Origin: Lama guanicoe
Lineage: Eukaryota
Length of the DNA stretch: 25,690 bases
Reading direction: 5' to 3'
NCBI GenBank assembly: GCA_013239625.1
Contig: MU054187.1
Location: 11,917,893-11,943,582 of the forward strand
Shown here: piece by piece, positions 21,366 to 25,690 of the stretch
How the letters are laid out: each line of letters begins with the position of its first letter
How positions within the stretch are numbered: the stretch's first letter is position 1
Notes under the pieces: generated by a model
Told to the model about the DNA's origin: nothing
Seen by the model: the letters and a program-made list of their open reading frames with translations, nothing else
Database searches by the model: none
Position numbers and translations under genes: made by a program

Positions 21366-21647
21366 TGAAGAGGTTAAGATTTTGTACATAATCAGTACCG
21401 TAGGCGCTGGATCCCACAGCTATTAGTGACGGTCCCGGTGCAGCCGCACAGGCGGGGAGCACTGATAGTAGGTGTTATGCCAGCTCATGTAGAATGGGTG
21501 CTGAGCATGGTGACAGTGGCTGTAATGAAAACTGATGATATTGTGCCATCTAAGCATAGTAATGGGGATATTAAGTGTGATTTGTATATTAGTATCCATA
21601 TAGGATACTGTAAATACAAAGAGGATAGTAATATAGAGTAATGCTAT
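21359..21647 (-). pseudogene. ND4L: NUMT ND4L
   Basis: C-terminus ...AYGTDYVQNLNL matches ND4L TYGTDYVQNLNLLQC. The 7-nt overlap with the ND4 start position is preserved. Confidence 0.88.
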
Positions 21648-21711
21648 TTGATAATTATGAAGTTAATTATAATTTTATGAGTCAGAATGTTTTTGTTTAA
21701 AGTAATTACCA
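21648..21711 (-). pseudogene. NUMT mitochondrial tRNA-Arg remnant
   Basis: TGGTAATTACTTTAAACAAAAACATTCTGACTCAT...TCATAATTATCAA lies between ND3 and ND4L. The anticodon arm is damaged. Confidence 0.8.
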
Positions 21712-22043
21712 TACGTTCATTCTAATCCTTTTAAATTCATTCATAGGTTAACCTTATGACTACTAGTAATGCGATTACAGTTTGTGCCATGAAGAGTTTA
21801 GTTTTTAGGTTACTCTTGAAATGCTCAGAGTAGGGGTAGTTGGAGGGCAACTTCTAGGTCAAATATAGGAAAGTAGTGACAACTGAGAGTAAGTAAATGG
21901 AGAAGGTGGGCATGCTGGCCCTAAGAGTCACATCATATGTGGGCTTGATTTTTCTGGGCACTGACTGGAGGAGGTCAGAGTGCGATCAGGACAAGCTGTA
22001 AGTCTGGTAGTGTATTGGTGAGTGACGTCAGTATAAGCTTTAT
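21712..22043 (-). pseudogene. ND3: NUMT ND3
   Basis: ATA start at 22043. Remnants LVLIALW and TFLYLT/FDLEVALQLPLLWAFQ (versus FDLEIALLLPLPWASQ). Frameshifted. Confidence 0.87.
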
Positions 22044-22109
22044 TGTTTCTCCAGTTACAGGAAAAGCTGTAGATTGGAAGTCAGTTGCTCTATTTAATAC
22101 TAAAAGAAT
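22044..22109 (-). pseudogene. NUMT mitochondrial tRNA-Gly remnant
   Basis: ATTCTTTTAGTATTAAATAG..ACTGACTTCCAATC.. retains a TCC anticodon; lies between COX3 and ND3. Confidence 0.85.
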
Positions 22110-22495
22110 AAAATGCTCATCAATAGATAGCGATCTATAGGAACAATCAAACTATCTACAAAATGCACTATCAGGCCACTGACTGAAATCCAAAATAACG
22201 AGATGTATAGGGAAATTTTAGTTAGGACAGAAAGCACAGAACGAGAAAAGTAGAGCCAATAATTTTGTGTAGTCAGTGGAAGCTTTTAACCATGAAAACT
22301 ACTGAGCCAAAAACTCCATCTGAAATTGAATGTTATATTCTTCTGACACTTGCAATAATATAAGTTCTTAGAGGAACCGTAATGAATCAAACTTGAAGTA
22401 TTGTTTATGATTTCTTTGTTAGATGATGGTGAGCGCAAGTGAGGGGAACTTCGGAGGCTCATAGAACTGAAGTATTAAGAAGTTATGGGAACTGT
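22110..22495 (-). pseudogene. COX3: NUMT COX3 3' half
   Basis: Remnants LLNTSVL.AS..V..T.AHH, ISDGVFGS, FH.LH.IIGSTFL, HFVD and IYWW. Confidence 0.88.
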
Positions 22496-23129
22496 GTGTG
22501 TGGTCAGTGTGTTGTTAGGTGGTGTGAGCACATATCTTTATCTTTTTTCTGATCAGAAGGTAGATGGTCATTTTAGGATCTATGTGCATTTGCCTGTGTG
22601 TGTGTGTATGTGTGGTGAGAGTTTGGTCGTGGGGAGAAGCACTGTGAACTTACCCACCCTGTACTGAGAGCTGTAGGACCTCCTTCTCTGCTAAAAATGA
22701 CCCTGCTCTTGTCACCACATCCCCACCCATGACAGCACTTCTTTGTAATGAATGTACATAATGTCCTGTTTGTCATGGACCAATGCAATGCATCCATTTA
22801 TAGTTCATAAAGTTATTTATATTTTAAATTAAAAGTACTTATATGTATGATGGATTTTATGTTTTTACTCTTATTTACCTTGGTGCCCGAATTAATGATA
22901 ATAGAAGACCCATTTCCTGAGACAAAGTTGACTTGCCGTTAAGAGTCAGGATCCCTCGTGAACACATCCTCACTGTTTGTCCTGACTGATGCATGACTTA
23001 ATATCATTGCAAGAGGAATTTCCCAAGGAAAAGCCAATGGTCTTCCTCAGAACCTTAGGGAGCAGGTCACAGGACGGGCTCCAGGTGGAATTGCTTTCCA
23101 AGGTAGATCTTGGTTCAGGGTAAAGTTAC

Positions 23130-23210
23130 AGCACTCGCTGCCCTGAGACCCTTAGATGATTCACATCCCCTCTGTCTTCTCATCCATAAAATGGGTATTG
23201 AGAATGTTGT
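23130..23210 (+). mobile_element. MIR SINE fragment
   Basis: CCCCTCTGTCTTCTCATCCATAAAATGGGTATT resembles the MIR core CCTCAGTTTCCTCATCTGTAAAATGGGGATAAT. Confidence 0.5.
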
Positions 23211-25335
23211 GTAATTGGAACACTGCACTTTGAATTTGGTCAGTTGGCACATTTTATTGCTTAGTGTGAGACCTCAATACCTTTGACCTGATGCTAATTG
23301 GTGATTTACAGAGGGTCCCAACTCCTGAGGGTTGGAAGGAATTCTGATTGACAGTAGGAGGAGACCCAGGATCCCTGAAGCCTGCTCACCCTGGATGGGA
23401 CTCAGTCCCTCCAGGCCAGGGGATCCTGGAGCCAGCACAGCGCCTGAAGCCTGGCTGTGGGACCAGGAAGGCCCAGCAGTGCAGTTGGAAACACAGCCCC
23501 ACTGGGTCTGTGAGGAGTCGGGGTCAACTCCCCACAGGGCAGGCTCTGGAGTTTCCTCCCCAGGGGCAGCCCATTCTCCTGGAAGTCAGCCCCAACAGAG
23601 ACAGACACAGAGGCTGGTACCAGCAGTCCCAAGAAAAATGGGAGGTACCAGTCTTTGCAAGTACACTGACCCCTGGGGAGCTCAGCTCCAGGGAGGTGAG
23701 AGCCTTAGAGCAGGAGGGACTGTGAGGCCAGGATTCCTGCCTTTTCTGCCCCCTCCACTCTGGGCCCCTTCCCAGAGTCAGGCCACCCTGGCCCTTCGTC
23801 CTCCACCATGCACTGTGGGCTGGCTCCCTCTTTCCTTCTTGCCTCGTCTTTTATCTGCTCTTCCTACCCTGTTCCCCCGTTACTGTCTGTCACTCTCTAG
23901 GACCTGACTCCCATCTCTCTCTCTCAGTCACTCATGCACTGTCCCTCTCCCTGCCCATCTCTCTCTGTCTCTCCCCCCAGGCCCTCAGGCCCTGGGCTCT
24001 GGTCCAGCCCTGTCCAGGGCCACAGGGCTGCACCTCTCCCAGCCCTCCCACCCTCACTGCCACGTTTTGGCCCCAGCCCTGCTCACAGTGGAGGAGCCTG
24101 GTTACAGAGGCTGCTCCTGCTGGTACTTACTGCTTCACTGCTGTCCCCCCTCTTCCTGGGCAGCACAGTCATATCTTGACCTGTTGGTGGCCCTTGACCA
24201 GTTGGTGGCCCAGCCTGGACCCCAGAGCTGCTGCAGGGCTGGCCACCTGCCCCAGCTAGAAGGAGGGAGGGCCCTGTGAGCTTAAGGGGCTCCTGGGGGA
24301 TTGGATTGAGGGACGTGTAAGGAGCCAGGTATTTTCACCCAGCTCCTCTTTGTCAATGGCAGAGCGTCCCAAACCACTGACTGCCCCCTGCCCATTTCTC
24401 ACTAAGAGCGCTGGGCAGACTGTGGGAGCTCCTGAGACTTAGGAGAGAGCTGCTGCCCTCAGCCCCCCTCAGAGTTTGCCTGGAATTGGGGCTCCTGGGG
24501 GAAGCGGGCAGGGCTGGGGCCCAAAGCCTGGATGAGTATGGGGCCCTCTCACTGGACTCTGGTGGCCACTCCAGGCACCTCATCCCTTCCTCATTGTCAG
24601 CAGTTGGCCACTTCACAGGGACAGATATGAGGGTCTCCCTGACTCTTGAGACTGGCAGGCCCCATGTGCTCAGTATTTCTTGATTGAGTGAACACAACCA
24701 CCCCCCATATCTAGACACCAAGTCTTCCCACCACCCCAAAAGGGTTTCTCAGGCCCCCTCACAGCCAGTACTGCCCCAAAGCACAACTTTGCTTCTGTCC
24801 CACCCAGGTAGTTTCTGCCTCCTTGAACCTGGGTGTAAGTGAATCACCCAAGTGCAGTGTAGAGGGGGTGACAATATATAATTATTTTTTATAGTTTTAT
24901 ATATTTGTTGGCAAAAATCATAGGGCTTATTTTTATGCATGTAACATACGTACTTAAAATTAATGTGTCACCTACAGGTGTACTACAGATAAGGACGGCC
25001 ACATGGGTGTGGTGGTGTGATTAAGATGGTGTGCTGTTAGGATCTTCTCCACCTTGTGGACGTTCTCTCTGCATTTTGTGTGCAGTGCTGAGTGAAGGAG
25101 TGAGGGCCTCCCACCCTGCCTGTATATTTGATTCCTCTTGGTTCTGTCATTGTCTACTTAATATGTTTTTCAGCCACTGCCTAAGGGAAATCCTGGGAAT
25201 TTGGGAAAGCAGGAGGGAGCACCCCAGAAGTAGGGGGCAGGGGACATCGGTTGGGCAGGACCAGAAAGCATAAGGTCAGAAAAGTTTGCAGAGAGGACCC
25301 AGGGTTGGATGGCAGTTGGTGGTGGGGGATCAGTT

Positions 25336-25451
25336 AGGCGGGGCACATTATAAAAGTGAGGTCATCCAGAATGTCCACTGTGAGGTACCAGGGGCAAAGG
25401 CAGGTGATTGGTTGAGAGAGGGCATAAAGCATCAGGCGTTGCTAAGGCAGC
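25336..25451 (+). promoter_or_regulatory. Cluster of core-promoter-like motifs
   Basis: GC box AGGCGGGGC at 25336-25344, TATAAAA at 25349-25355, inverted CCAAT (ATTGG) at 25407-25411, and an RFX X-box-like GTTGCTAAGGCAGC at 25438-25451. Motif evidence only. Confidence 0.3.
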
Positions 25452-25690
25452 TTTCAGACAGGAGAAGGCTTGGAGGGAGGCGTCTTGTCCCCTCCAGCTG
25501 CTCCTGAGAGTCCACTTGCCTGCTGTTTGTTTTCCTGACCTGCTGACCTCCTGACCTCCTGACCCGACTGAACCCTTCTTCTCCCCTCAAGAGCTTGATT
25601 GGCCCTCATCCTTTCTGTGACCCCCTTCTTCTCCTTCCAAGTGCCCAACCCCTCTTCCTGTCACACTCCCTCCCTCCATCCCCCACCCCT

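Larger units (their letters stand above)
20430..22495 (-). pseudogene. NUMT: COX3 (3' half)-tRNA-Gly-ND3-tRNA-Arg-ND4L-ND4 (5' part)
   Basis: The minus strand is colinear with mammalian mtDNA gene order. Heavily diverged, with indels and stops. Confidence 0.93.

Noticed and set aside
23332..23907. 191-aa ORF and overlapping ORFs
   Set aside because: Non-ATG start, GC-rich low-complexity sequence, no recognisable homology.
24865..24990. AT-rich island as a DNA transposon remnant
   Set aside because: No terminal inverted repeats or family motif could be identified.
1..25690. Prokaryotic-type systems (CRISPR array, operon, defence island)
   Set aside because: The sequence is mammalian, with L1s, SINEs and spliceosomal introns. 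There are no regularly spaced repeat-spacer arrays or dense coding regions.

Overview
Mammalian nuclear DNA, most likely camelid (alpaca/llama/camel), based on a tRNA-Ala-derived Vic-1-like SINE. I find no intact protein-coding gene and no evidence of a new biological system. The window is a mosaic of dead gene fragments. (1) Three intron-separated, disabled exons of an ARHGAP20-like RhoGAP domain on the minus strand (1892-4037). (2) A G-rich, promoter-like block (about 5090-5900). (3) Three intron-separated, frameshifted COL12A1 fibronectin type III exons on the plus strand (6669-10259), with a TSD-flanked 5'-truncated L1 in one intron. (4) About 9 kb of nested L1/LTR fragments (11110-20430), including an apparently perfect 474-bp tandem duplication. 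(5) An old, about 2.1 kb nuclear mitochondrial insertion (NUMT: COX3-tRNA-Gly-ND3-tRNA-Arg-ND4L-ND4, 20430-22495) with sharply localised AT-to-GC substitution tracts that suggest GC-biased gene conversion. (6) GC-rich unassigned flanks with exon-like and promoter-like motifs. The layout fits a segmental-duplication mosaic. Homologies were recognised from remembered human and bovine reference sequences, not from a database search. Repeat boundaries are approximate.
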